Source of the DNA: Tubiluchus corallicola
Taxonomy: Eukaryota > Animalia > Priapulida
Assembly (NCBI GenBank): GCA_030141605.1
Contig: JAQGDQ010000106.1
Location: 186,001 to 250,000 of the forward strand
DNA length: 64,000 nucleotides
Reading direction: 5' to 3'
The notes beneath the pieces are model-generated. The model saw nothing but the letters and a program-made list of their open reading frames with translations, was not told where the DNA came from and made no database searches. Position numbers and translations under genes: made by a program. Positions 32,207-46,200 of the stretch are shown piece after piece. Numbering within the stretch: position 1 is the stretch's first letter; each line of letters begins with the position of its first letter.

Positions 32207-32590
32207 CACATAGCAAGGTGTTACATAGCAGCACAGTAGATGGCAAGACAGTACAAAGCACTGCAGTACAAAGCAAATAAGTTCAAGGTGAGGCAAGTAT
32301 ACACAGATGCCGAATAAGTAAGAACGTCCCACTTAGTGTTATATCACTGGTGGATATGTGCTATGGCAAAAAAAGGACATAGAATTGCATCTTTGTCACA
32401 AGCAGCAGCACTTCTACATCCTTTTTTTGCCATAGCACATATCTAAAAGTGTTATAACACTAAGTGGGACGTTCGCACTTATTCGACATCCGAGTGTACT
32501 TGCCTCACCTTGAACTTGTTTGCTTCATACTGCAGTGCTTTGTACTCCCTTGCCAAGCACCGTGATGCCACGCACCACCTTGATGTGTAC
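32207..32590. repeat. Long inverted repeat (fold-back), arms ~180 bp, loop ~20 bp
   Basis: gtacaaagcactgcagta...gttcaaggtgaggcaagta...gaacgtcccacttagtgttata...gatatgtgctatggcaaaaaaagga is mirrored by tccttttttgccatagcacatatc...tataacactaagtgggacgttc...tacttgcctcaccttgaac...tactgcagtgctttgtac. Confidence 0.92.
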
Positions 32591-33134
32591 TATAATGTAC
32601 TATACTACATTGATGTGGCAATGTAGTATATGGTGAGGTGCAGCATGGCACCGCGGCTACACAGCGAAGCACTACATGCAGATGTCAAGCAAGTGCAAAT
32701 GTCCAATGTAGTGTTAATGTAACTTTGCAATTCAATTCTTTTATTTGTCCTTTTCGTAAATTTGCAATTCAATTCTTTTATTTCTCCCTTTCGTATTAGT
32801 AAATATTAACATATGTACAGCATAGTTTATTTAAAGAGTTATAGAGACAGGGTGGCAAACAAACCATGTAGTCTTTTAGTCTAGCCACCCCTATGCATCA
32901 GTTACTAATTATGCATTAATATTAGTCGTGAAAGAGCAAAAGTGTTACAATAAGTAAATTGAAGCAACAAATATACATAAATCTAAAAGAACATAACAAA
33001 TAGTAAGTAACACTATATGATCTTGCACTACCAGGAAAATGTGGAGAGGTAATGATACGCGAATACAAAGTAGTTAGCAAATTCAATTCTTACTATCATC
33101 AATATTCCAACTTAAATGACTAGTTCAAAAGTTC

Positions 33135-33440
33135 ATCAGCATCATCATCATCATCAATGAATCATACGTCCAGGGACATGATTCTGCTCACCTCTCTATG
33201 CCAGGGCTCCCTACACGCTGCAATGCCCCAAGTGGATCTATTTCTAAGGATCAATGCTGAAGTGTTTAAATCTTTCTGTGCAAAATCTAAATATGTTAAC
33301 GTTTGTCCTCCTGCAGGTTTTTTAGCTGGTTCTATGGCTTGTTGAAGAGTTTCATATAACACGCCATGGTGATGAATCATGGCAAAGATGCAAGTATCTC
33401 CGTAGTCTGTGGGCAACAGAGGACGACATATCAAGACGGA
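33135..33440 (-). mobile_element. 3' end of an RTE-like LINE with a (tga)n tail
   Basis: Minus-strand KKPAGGQTLTYLDFAQKDL...WGIAACREPWHR followed by tgatgatgatg. Confidence 0.55.
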
Positions 33441-33445
33441 AGATA

Positions 33446-33780
33446 ATGGCATTATCAGCTTACTCAAAACTCACAAAAGTTTTTGAAAATAGGAAGATTT
33501 CTTTGGAAAGAAAAATTAGAATATTCTCAGCCTTAGTTGAAACTGTATTTCTGTATAACTCTGAGCTCTGGACATTAAAAGCAAATCATAAAGCTGAAAT
33601 CGATGCGTTTCAAAGGCGAAATTACAGAAACATTTTTGGTATTAGATGGTCAAAGAAAATTTCAAACAAAGATCTATATGAAAAAATAAAAGAAGAACCT
33701 TGGACAAGAAAAATAAAAAGACGCCGTTTAAGATGGGTTAGGCATATGCTTAGACTACCTGATGATGTTCCAGTGAAAAG
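33446..33780 (+). mobile_element. RTE-clade LINE ORF C-terminal fragment
   Basis: KIRIFSALVETVFLYNSELWTL...IDAFQRR..RNIFGIRWSKKISNKDLY...IKRRRLRWVRHMLRL is the characteristic post-RT region. Confidence 0.85.
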
Positions 33781-34599
33781 TTCACACACGGTTCTTCGTA
33801 CCCACATGCTCAAGGTAAAAGTACGAATCTTTGCTGTTCTTTAAGAGTCTGCAAACAATAAAAAAGATTGCCCGTAGTGCTTTCGCTGGTAGAACAAGAA
33901 CTCTTTTTAAAAAAGAAGTTTTGGGAACTTCAAGAAAATTTGTATTAATTTTTTTTAAATTGTATATTTATACAAAAATCAATGAATATTATGTAAAACT
34001 CGTTATTATTGAGCTTTTAAGCATTTTCGCGATCAGAATTTTAGATCAATCTAAAATTAGTATCTATCTATAAAATCTGTAACAAAGTACTAGCTAAGAC
34101 AAATTACAAGAGCGAAATAGTATTTAGCAGTAGCTGGTTATTTAATTGAAATTTGAACAAAGCCTGGTGAGGCCTAATATTAACAAAGTTTCTCGTTTTG
34201 CTGGATGTCGTATTCGATATGGTTGGCAAAAGATGATCTGCCATGTGAGGAGACACCTATTTTCCAAAATACTGACAGTGACTATAGTCAAAGTGTTATG
34301 AAAGAATGAATCCAAAAGAAATTTTAGCCTTATAATTACGTTGTTATAGTTACGATAATGTTATTCTAGTAACGGGAATCGCTATGTGTGATCATAAAAG
34401 GCCTAGTGCTCCGTTTGTCAAACCAAATCTAAGAAGCTTGAACTTGGGGAAACTGTGGCGTCATACCAATTTGTTTAGTGCATGTGCCAAATATACTAAA
34501 TAATCGTAACATTTAAGACTGCCTATTCATAATTAATGCAAGGATACTGTGTGAAAACTGACATGCTAGTAGGCTGATCAAAAATGGCAAAGAATTCTT

Positions 34600-36770
34600 C
34601 TAATCATGTTGGTTGTATTAAAAATGACAATGATGATGTTGTTATTTGTCCCTAAGAGCTTGTCTCTATGATTAATGAAGCTTCTGCTTCTTTTTTACTC
34701 ATGAGCGTGATGATATTGGCATGTCTCTTCCTTCAAAAGGTTGCAAATCACTGAATGATGTTATATTTTGTACATAGCTTGTACACATTAAGTTTATTAT
34801 CTTAAAACTGCTCAAAACCACTGGATCGGATAATGCTTATGGCTTCATTTTGAAATTCTGTGCTTTTCAACTTGCCCTCCTATTTTTTGTTCCGTAAAAT
34901 GCTTGACTCTGGAGTGCTCCTTCAATGTTGGCTTAACTATAATGTTAACACTATCCCAAAACAATCTTTGCCTTATATCCTTGGCATCAGTAATAATTGT
35001 CAAGTGTTTTGAAGCTACATTGTGGGACGAAATTCTGGCTTTTGTGATTCTCTGATTCTGACTTTTCTGAATGGTGCAGAATTATAATTGGTATCTCCTC
35101 AGGTACTTTAAGTTGCTAATATTGTTTTCTAATTTTCATTAATGATATTACTGATTGTGATTTTTCATCCCATTATTTGTTGATGACTTAAAGCCCTTTC
35201 AACCTATACAGGATGATCTTGATCGTTACATTTTAGAACATGACCTGGATGAAATTTTAGACTAGTGCAGGAAATAGCTGAATGAATCTTAAACCCTGTA
35301 AGCATCCTTTATTAAGAAATAAGCATACGCCCAAAATGTACAACTTCTTATTTTTTGAATGATGTACAAATTGCTGAAAAAAGTTGCATTTGTGACTTGG
35401 AGTTACAATTACTAACGACCTCACATGAAATTCTCGTGTGAATCGTATTATTGCAAACGGAAACCGTCGCATTGGTATGATTAAACACAGTGTTATATCA
35501 ATAGATCCAGAAGTAATTATTCCTCTTTGTGAAGCAAGCGTTTGACCAATTCTATATTACATCGGTACCATAATGTGCTTTGGTATTTGGTAGTCTGGTT
35601 TCCACTGTATGTTAGGAATACATGTGAAGGAACTCGAGATTGGTGCCAGCATTTAGTTGTTAACTTGGATCCAACTTCATTCAGGTTGACAAAACCAATG
35701 ACTCTGTCTCAATTAAATTTAAGGAATTTTTAATGGCATGTGAACTTTTGTCAACTAGTTAATGTTCCTACTCATGAATCTGGTAATAATTTAGATCTCT
35801 TTATAACTCTATCTCACAATGTTGATTATGTTACTAATATTTTGCAAGGTTCTTTCTCTCAGATCATGCCTGTTTAATGTCACTTACTTGAGTGTAAGCA
35901 TGACCTTGAAGTGAGGTACACAAAATTTTGAAACAGCTATCAGATTTGTATGAATGCACTTCAGAGTGACATTGTGAGTTTAGTAAACTCAGTTTCATTA
36001 AACCAGCGGGATAATTTAACTGAATTAGTTTATGCCTATGAGAATGGCTTAGCTGCTATTTTGTATAAGCATGTATAAGCATTGTTGACTAAAAAATTGT
36101 TTTTCGTCGAGCTCTTCCATTGTACTCCAGTGAACCCAGGAAAACCATACGTAAACAGAGAGAAAAAAATTGGTTTAGGACAAAATGTCAGTCTGATCAC
36201 ATAATTTTTAAAAATCAAAAGAATGGTTACTATAAAAAGATTATGCGTAAAGGAACAGTATACTAGAGATAAGTTGCAAGATTGTAACAATGACCCAAAA
36301 AAGACATTTAAGCTTATACATTCTATTACTGTTGGATCAAAAAATCTTGTTCTTTCTCCTGGTTCTGGTAAACATGTAGCAGACAAGTTACTTATTTGGT
36401 AAAATTGGTGTGATACGTAAGGATTTATCGCATTTTGTATTTTATGACCCTTCTGACATCTCTAGTCCACAGTCGAGCAACTTTCCAGTAATTACAGATG
36501 ATAAAATTTAATCTTTAATAATGTCGGCAAAGACGGTGACATGCTTTAGATATGTTTCCTACAAATTTGGTTAAAGATAATATTGATTTGCTACTGCCTT
36601 TAATATCAAAATTATTATTGATGTTTCAAACAATTTGTTTGCATCCTATCTCACTTTAAGGTCTCGCAAGGTTATGATTGAAAACACAGTTTCAAAGGCA
36701 GCAGAACTAAAATCTGGTCTTCCTCAAAGATCGTGTGTTGGTCCTATTTTGTACATGGTTTATGCTTGAA
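34600..36770 (+). mobile_element. Decayed CR1/L2 LINE fragments
   Basis: Remnant peptides LKTTGSDN, CDLGVTITNDL, PTHESGNNLDL, MFPTNLVKDNIDLLLPLISKI, GLPQRSCVGPILYMVY with many disablements. Confidence 0.7.
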
Positions 36771-37255
36771 ATGGTTCACTGTGAACTGCTTACAAAATAA
36801 TTGGCTTTGGCACTATTTTGAATGAAGTAGATTTTTTTCCAGATCTCATAGAGTTTTTTCATGGTCATGAATCAAAATTGTTTGTGCATCAGGCGAGGTT
36901 GTACAGTTGTTACACCAGTTGCTTTCTTAACCAAGTCTATGCAAAGCATAAATGAAAAATTTCACGTATACCGTGTGTAGTATATGTGACCACTAAAGAT
37001 GGCTATGTCTATGGCTGCGTATTTTAAAATTTTAAGTTTTGCTGCAGTGATAACACTTATATGTTTTTAACTATTTACCTAGCTAATAGACCCTGGGTTC
37101 TTTTATGTTTATATGTAGGGCCCTATATCTTTTTTCAAAGTATGGAACTAATTTATATATATTCTATTAGGTCACTTTCAGTAGGGCATTCGTATTTTCT
37201 TAAGGGTCTCATTAGCTTATGTTTGCTTCGTATTTTAGGTAGCCGATGCTGCGAC

Positions 37256-40200
37256 ATGTCCCAGCATAGTGTGGTAGGAGTAAGCTTAGTCAATCCCATC
37301 ACTAGCATCCATCTTGATGCTGATGCTGTGAAAACAGGTGAGGAGGAGGAAGAAGCTGAGAATGAAGAGTGGAACAAAAAAGAAAAGGAGGTACACTTTT
37401 TTCTAACTAAGAGTCTTTCCATGCCCAGTAGGTTAGAAATAAAGAAAAAACTAATACGTCTGTTGTTTATAAACTAAAGTTTGCTCTTTACATGTAACTA
37501 TGGAATTAGTGCTTTTTACAGTACTTTTTTGTAAATTAAGTGGTGACAGTAAAAGTAGGTACCTTCCGTAAATTTTAAGTCAAATTTCCTGAAGGTTAAT
37601 GCAGTTTGGATGCCTTGTTGCAGGCATTCCTTAGCAAAGTCAAAGCCGACATAGATAAGAAATCACCATCCTTGTTATTGATATAATATCACTCACTAAC
37701 CACAGCTTTTTTTAAGATAATGCTCGAATGCAATAGTTATTTCCTTAAACTTGTCTCATATACTCTCTCATTCTCTTGAGGGAAAGTGAAAATCACTAAT
37801 AATTTTGCAATAAATTAGTGAAAAATTTTGAAATTGTAATTTCTTCAGTGATTAGAAACCGTGACGAATCATCCATTAGACACATAATTATATCCAGCCT
37901 GTAAGCCAAATTAGGTATTAATTGTAGCAAAAAATAACTCAAAAACCAAGCTTTTAATTGTTAATTAATTCCAGCAATACATGTGAGCCTAACTAGTTCT
38001 AAACTGGAAAAGTCTGTATGGGCACACAAATATCTGTTTTTAGCCTAATTGTAAAAATAATTATTCATTATGTCTTCAGTATACTGCTGCTGCAGAGCTT
38101 GTGTCCTTTCATTAAAGTGTGTGTAGAAAACTTCCTATTGCATAAAAGAAATGCTGCAGCTGTAGCAACAAAGTTACTGCAACATTACAGCTAAATTGCA
38201 GCAATTGCCATAACAGAAATCATTTGAAGTCGTTTCTTCAATTTTAATGTTAAGAACTTACTTCTCAAATAACTAAGTAATTACAAAAAAAAAAATTACA
38301 ATGGCACAAATTGTTTGACCTGCTTGCTATTATCGGTCTTCGAAGACCTCTAAAATGTAGGAATTGCAATTTATAGTTTGCTTACTAGTATTAAATAATT
38401 AAGAAGCCCTAGTGTAACATCACTGCACTGGTATTGTAGGCCTACAGATCCTTTGAAATTACTTAATATCTAATGCATCAAGATAGTACATATTGTTTAC
38501 ATTGTTAAAAGACATTGTAAAAACAAGTTACCAGTTTTAAGTTTTAACCAATTTAAACATCTCAAATTCATCTTTTTGGATTGCTTATAGAGTTGTTTTT
38601 TTCAGAATTAGTGGCATTCACATTTTCATGTGACATAAGATATGGCTTTTATAAGCTAGCAATAGCTGCCTTTTTGCCCATTTTTAAAATATTGGCCATA
38701 TTGATACTACCCTAAATCCTTGACCTTTAAAGAATACATATAGATACTAATATCATATCCTATTTACCTTAAGTCAGGGAATATACTTAATATATTACAT
38801 AAGCGGCTACAAGTATTTTGGTAGCCATCTTGAAATACTAACTGAGGTGCTGTCACAGGTGTTCCTGGGCATCAGAAATTGATTCATAGAAATTCAAACT
38901 TATATTTAGACACCAAAATTGTCATATTCACAGGCTTATAGAACTGGCAATTATAGGCATCGATCTTGCCAACCATTTTGAAAATGGGGACCATATTGGG
39001 TGATGTTCGATTCTCCTCATGTCCAAAATTAATCACCTCGATTTGTTTTAACGTTATGCAAAGTTTTGAAACTTAAGCGAAAGAGCAGGTTTTTCACCAT
39101 TCTGCTAGACAATTATGTCAAGATCCTTTATGGCAGCCATTTTGTTTTTTTGCATTTTTAATCCCTTTCCCTCAATTTTTTGAGCTGGCGACAGCATTTT
39201 TCGAATTCAGTGTAGCCGAATTGATAAGACTGGCTATGTTGCCTAATTTTATAGAAACACTTTTTTCAGGAATTGGGCCTAGACTAGTAACAATTTGAAG
39301 CACAGAACTCCAAAATTAATACATTTATGTAAAAGTAAGAGGTACCAGCTCCAGTTGTGCAAATTTTTAAGCTTCTACTTTGCTTATTGCATGGTTATAT
39401 TGAGATGCTTTTAATAAAAAAACTAATACACGAAACAATTTAGACAATCTTGCACTATGTGAACTGGAACCTAAATAATAATATAAGTTTTTTCAATAAT
39501 TGTGTGTAATTATTGTGCACAAACATAATTATATTCAATCATATACAGTTAATTCCGTGATTGACTTCATAATGAAAAATAACAAACACTCATTAATTGA
39601 CGGTGAAAACATAATTTTATTTATCAACTTTTTATTTGTTTCCTGCCTAGGAACTTTTCACTTGTTGATATCTTTTTTGTGTTTGTATCTTCTATTGTAC
39701 GGCAGAGCTCTGTTCGTTTGCAGTAATTGTTAGTTGCTTATGCATGTGTTTGCTTTCCTTGGTGCCTCTAGCTTTGTCATTTGTCTCTAAATAAACTTTT
39801 ATCGAACAACAATCTGTACTTTGCATTTTACTATCTGTGGCTTCTATGAGCAGCTTGTTGCTTTGTATGAGGTAAAGAAACCAGATCCTGACTTTCCTGT
39901 TGACTGCAATTTGCTTGCTGTTTGCTGATTTTACTAAATTTTTATTGTCCTGCGTGAATGGTCATTTGTTTAATTAAATCATGCTTCTGCAATGTTATAC
40001 TTTGGTTTAATTTAAAAACATAACACATTGTCAATTATAGTTGCAGGAAGTGCTTACTAATGCTTTTGACGATTTAATCGAAGAAGATGAGGAAGAATCC
40101 ATTCTTTCTAGGAGTGCATATTCCCCAGTAGGAGATTTCATGACTAGTGAACAAAGGGGGAATGATGAAAATAGTTTAGCTTTTTCATATGAAACCAGGC

Positions 40201-43200
40201 ATGCTATACATGGCGATTATAGCCAAGGGTATGTCATACTCTGCTCTTTGTAGTTTTTTATGTTTACAAAAAGTTATGTTTTCAAACTAATATATTAGCA
40301 TATTTATTAGTGTGAGACAGGAATGGACCATTTAAGACCTTTTCCTCACATTGTTACCAGGTCTTGTTTAGTCAACTGAGTACTATAATTAGTTAAATAT
40401 TTATAGCTTATTAGTTATTAATTAATTATTTATTAATTTATTATTCTTTGTTTTCCTTCTATGCTCCAGGACTTTATGTAATAGAATTTCAGGTATGTTC
40501 TTATTATTATGTTAAAATTGGAAAAATGCTATAAAAAATATTGATGATGCATTCATGATGCAAAGAGGGAAGTTTTAAGACTTTGCTTGAGACCATTTTG
40601 CTTTTCTTGACTTGCTAAGTTGTGGTACAGCTAATCCGTGTCCTTAACTGAATACGGGTTTTTATTTGAACAACATTACTTTTATTCTGCACAGAAGTAA
40701 CTGTCCCGACACTGAGTACTATGACTGACTTCCAGACTACAGTACCTAGTATTTTTGACAACTGTTGGTTTTATCATAAGGTCTAAGTAGTATAAGGTGT
40801 TACATAAATTCCATATATTTAAAGCAAAAATTAAATACAAAATATCCATCCTAACAAAAATTTGAAACAAGGACTTCCTGTTCAAAAGCTGATTCTTTTC
40901 TGTCTAAGTTACTAAGGTTAAACATAGTTTTATTTTCCATCCTTTTATGGCATGTATTTCTAATCTCTTTCCATTAAGCTCTATACATCATGGGCAGCCT
41001 TAGAAGGTGTGGGACCCTCCTTGAAACAATTTTAATTGGCCGCATGTTGGTTCCCAGCTAAAGTCTGTAGAATTCAATCATAAAAATATACTCTAATCTA
41101 ATTGTAGGCTTTATATTTCTATGACAGAATAGAAAGCAATATGTCTAAAGCTTTAATGAAGGTACATTGCAGGATGGTCATTTATCTTTATAATCTAGGA
41201 TTTTATAGACATTTTGAATCAATTCCTGCTACTAGACTGAGCTGCTGGCTACAATATATTGATTTGTGGAATGTGCTACATTAATTAGCAGGAATAAGCT
41301 TCTAAAATTTATTTCTTTGTTTTTTCCAATATCGTAAAATTTTGTCAGTTTTATATGCTATTCAATAAATTTAATAAAGACAGATCGACAATGTGTTGCA
41401 GAAACTTGCAAAATTTGTGTAAAAACTCCCTCACAGTAGCAAACAACAGTGGAGCAGTGCTGGTGACTAAATTGAAAGGTTCAAGTGATATAAGCTAGGT
41501 CACTCGTTTAACCCTTCATTTCTAGCTTGAATAAATTTTAATGCACACTGTAATTAGCGTACAGCGTTTTCAGATAAAAAATGAAAATGCATAGGGACTA
41601 GAAGTTTATCAACTTATTATTAACCCCATTGCAGAAGCAAGCTAAAGAGAATCACTTAATGTTTTCGAGAAATAGTAAACGTTAGAGTGGTTAAACTAAG
41701 TGTCCTCATTTGCTGGTTCTTTCTTCCAATAAGATGTACTATATATGCAGGTGTCCCTCATTATACTTTCTCAAGTAACTTCAAGTAATCCATTATAATG
41801 AAGGTTTACTGTAGCTGAAACATTGTGTATGTTTACTGATAGCAAAAAAATTGACGGTGACACTTTTGTATTTGCATTGTTGCACACACGCAAAGAGCCA
41901 AAAGTAGGTTAATCTATTCTCTAGTGCGTGGCCCCCTGAAACACGGGACTCGTTTGGGAGAAATTTGCCCAATTAGCTGAAGGTCAGCCCTCATTATACT
42001 CAATAGTATCATAGTCGAAATGATATTGCATACATATACATTATTTGTTAATTAACACATTAAGTTTATAATGAGAATAAGTTTCTTTACTTGAATAAAA
42101 ATCGTTTAAAAGTTGAAATCCTGTTTAGTCTTGCTGTATTCAAATTTCAAGTCTGGTCTTAGCACTAAAGGTCAGATCGTATGTTAAGCGCCTGTTAAGA
42201 ATGATGCTGCTCGTAATCTTGGTCACAGTCCTGACTTGAACAAGTAAACAGCAGCATCCAAGCATAATTTCAAACTTCTCAGCTTATTTGTGCTTGCTAC
42301 TTTTCTCTTTTTCTGTTTGTTATAGCTGGCAAGAGAACCATGACCATCCACAAGCATCTAGCAGACACATTGGTAAGAACCTTTTTGCATTTTATGCAGT
42401 AGTCTGATTGGAAATTTACATGGCTAAGCAAAAAAACCGGAAATTATAAAAATTTGCATTGTGAGTTGAAGATGGAAATTGGTTCAGTGCATGTACGTTT
42501 ATCTCAGTTTCAGAAGTATTTGTGCCATATTTGATCAATTTTGGGAAAAATGCAGACTTTAATTATATAATCAACAAAAATGATGCTAATGAGACTTGTG
42601 TCAAAAGCAGACCGAACATGACCTAAAATATTTACCTGTACTTTTATTGCATATAGGATACAAGAGTGGGAATAATAATATCGATAACACAGACCTGTTC
42701 ACTGCTGGTGAAGATTATCATAACATAAGGAACTACGGCATTTCACCTCCACCCGAGGAAGAACCTGATTCAATTCCACTACATAGGCCCAACAGCTTGT
42801 CTTTGTCAGTACAAGATGAATACAGTGAGGCTCACAGAATGTTCCAAATGCAGGATGCCTACCAAGCAGGTGGTGGCTTTCGTAGCTATGGGGTGAATTC
42901 TTCAACAGAAGAAGACCACTTAGCAGAGATCTATGATGGGGACAAACTAGAACAACAGTTTTATGATCCTGGTATTTAGTATTATATACAGTATATTATA
43001 TTTAGTATTATTACTTTTTCTTTTAGTTTATTAGGCTTTATCAGTAGTCAATTGCATGTTTTCTTTTTTTTCATTTGCAGGTGCATCTGGTGACAATGAT
43101 GAAATTACACAGCTGAAAATACTCTGCAGTGCTAGAGGAAGAAAGCTGCAGGAACTAAGCCAGCAATATCAGAATCTGCACACAGACAGCATGAGAGAAA

Positions 43201-46200
43201 TTCGCCTGCTAACTCACAAGCTTTCGCTATCTGAAGGTTAGCAACTTTTTGGTATCTTATTTTTCTTATTAACTACTTTTATCTGCTATTGCATTTTTTA
43301 CATTATTTTGTCTCAAGAATTCTGGAAAAGATAACATAAAAATATAGAATGCTTGTAAAGATGAGCCATTGGCATGTTTCTGTTCAGTTTTTTTCTTTTG
43401 GGAAGAAACACTTATTTGAAAGAGTTTATTTTTAACAACCGTTTACTCGTACAAGAATGGATGTAAGACTGACAATATTCTGGAGAACCAGTACGAGAAT
43501 TATAAATGCTAGGAATGGTTGTACATTTGCCATTCTCGTCGTAATTTTTAATTTTGATGAATCTATGTCTAGTCATGCCATTACTCATTTCCAGAAATCA
43601 AAGCAGGGCAAAACTTGTCACTTATAACCTACTATAAGTATATAGATGGTAATATGTTGTAACAAAGACTTATTTTTACCAATTATTTGGATCTTTCGCT
43701 AATTTTTATGTTGGCTATTTTTGCAATTATCAAATACCAAAGAGTCATGGTCCTTAGTTATCTAAATAGCATTGCCGAAATTGTCATAAATTCAGTTATT
43801 CTAGGAACGAATGGGCTGCCAAAGAAAACACTACTTTCTTTGCAATTGAGTGATTTGGACTCCATTCTACATTCGTATTTTCTGCTGCTCTTATGCATCT
43901 GAATGATTGTATTTTTCAGAGGAGAAGAATAGTATAAATGAAAACCTGCAGGAGTTGCAAAGGTTGCTAGATAGTCGCAATGATGAACTAGACGAATGCA
44001 ATGCACAGATCACAGCGCTGCAAGCAGAAATCGATAGTCTGAAGGAAGGCAAGCAAGAGGTAAGCTACAGCAGTCACAAAGGCCACAATTTTCAGTAACA
44101 ATGTCTTCTACGAGGAGATTAGAAGTAAACATCATATTGCATAACAGTTTACACCATAACATCAGTGAATAACTGAATGATGCCTACAAAATATTGATGG
44201 TTGATTGGTCTATCAGGGCTTTGGTTAGCAAGTTCGTCTTAGTTTTCTGTATTTAATCAACTGTGAGTAATGCAGAAAATGCCCATTTGTTTTCATTTCT
44301 TTTTTTGTTTTTTACCTTAGCTGATGATATTAATTACCAGTACTTTATTGATAATGTTGTTGTAATTTTTTGTGCAGTTGTAATATTGTTGATTAACTAT
44401 ATGTTTACTACGGTTCGAACATCAGGATTCAATTGATTTCTGCAGACTGTCTGCTTGTATACCAAACTGTTCATACATCAAAATGAGATGGTTAGTACAT
44501 CATTTGCTCATCAGTTGACTTACCCGCCACAAAGAATAAATTCCCATGCTCACTTGCATCAGGTTCCCATGTATGTTAAGTCTACCATTACTCTGACATT
44601 CTTACTACTTTATCGAAACGGTCAGAAGTTATGAAATGATGTGTCTAATCAAATTTGAGATTGATGCGATTTAACTGAAACTTGCTCTAAATTACGACCC
44701 AGGATTTTTTAGACAGATTACTTGTGGATTTGTAAATCTACATTGAATAACTCAACTTTCAATTTTTTCTACTTTTGTAGATAATCAGAAAGCTGCGAGC
44801 AGCAGAAAAAACAATTGAGAGTTTACATCTGCAGCTTAATGATTTGGGTAAATCCGAAACCATGGCTCGAGTGAAAGTGCAGCAAGAAATGATACTAACA
44901 AATATGACTGAAAAGCATGAACAAGAAGTTCTTGGTCTGAAACTGAGAATAGATAAATTTGCTAGTACATTGAGTATCAAGGTATAGTAGAACAGGATTT
45001 GAAAAAAATTGTTTATCTTTCACTATTGATAATTTTGCATAATTGGTATAAATTTTTTAAAGCAGAATTTTGCAAAACATATCTACAAAGTGAAATAAGC
45101 TGTTGTGGCAGTACTGTAGTTCTAATAGAGAGTGCTCTTGTTGCATTAAGTTCACACTTTTGGAAAATGTAATTTTAACTATTTAACTCAAGCAGTTGAC
45201 TTAAAGAAAGGGATAAATGAACTTTAAGACTTCTAATACAGTAGGCGCTGCTTAATAGACTTACGGTTAATAGACTCAGCCATTTAATTGACTCAAAAAC
45301 GCCTGGTATGGACCTCTTCTATTCAAATGTACATAAAAACTGACAGTAATTGACTCAAATAAATCCGCATAATTGACTTGGTATTTTTGCTTCACGTGCT
45401 TCAAACAGACACTTTCGTGTGACTTATAAGCTTTTATGACTTATATCATCTTAGTTCGCTTTTGTCCTATAATATACATAGAAACAATCATTTAATTACC
45501 GTTTTGTTTGCAAGCGGGAACGTTTATCATACGCTAATATGCTAGCCTAATAGTTTGCTTTGAGCCCACTGCAATTAACGTGGTTGTGGAAGAAGAAGCC
45601 AAACATTTAATCACTTGCTTAGTGGTTTGCTTTTGATGCTCTGGCTGTCTTTGTCAGAAAGTTTTATCAGTTAGATGTTACTGTTGTGCCAGGAACGCAG
45701 GTACAGCACATTAAGTATGTCACAATTATAGCAAGCGGGAGTTTACATAAAACTACAGATGAAGCTACTTGCAGGGAAACACGGGCACCACCAACAGTTT
45801 AATCACACCAAGAACTGAGTATTTTACGGAATTTGTACATCATACAACAATAGATTTTCAACTTTTTTAGCATTATGAGAACTTTGTTAGCCAACTTCTT
45901 CGCGATAAAATGAAGCAGTCAACTTTGAAAGAATTTTTGTCATCTTTGCAAATAAACAGACTTGTATGCTTTAGAGAAGTATACTTTTTAATTTTATTGC
46001 TAATTATATAGATTAATATTTCAAAATATTTTTTGGAATTTTTAACTGCACGCGGGAGTTTAGGCATTACTTCGTTTCTAAAATTCATTAAAAACCTTTG
46101 CAGTGCATACTGAGCTGATGACTCATACTTCTGTATCAGTAATATTACACCCATCGATTAATAGGTTCAGTCGGCTAATTGGGTCAAAACACTTCAGTCC

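Noticed and set aside
33135-33780. Single LINE with a twin-priming 5' inversion
   Set aside because: The geometry fits, but both halves contain their own, dissimilar version of the RRLRW..H motif, so two separate insertions are more likely.
34021-34160. E2F/CHR-like motifs (ttttcgcg, tttgaa) as the CEP152 promoter
   Set aside because: Too short and imperfect in AT-rich DNA; no first exon could be anchored.
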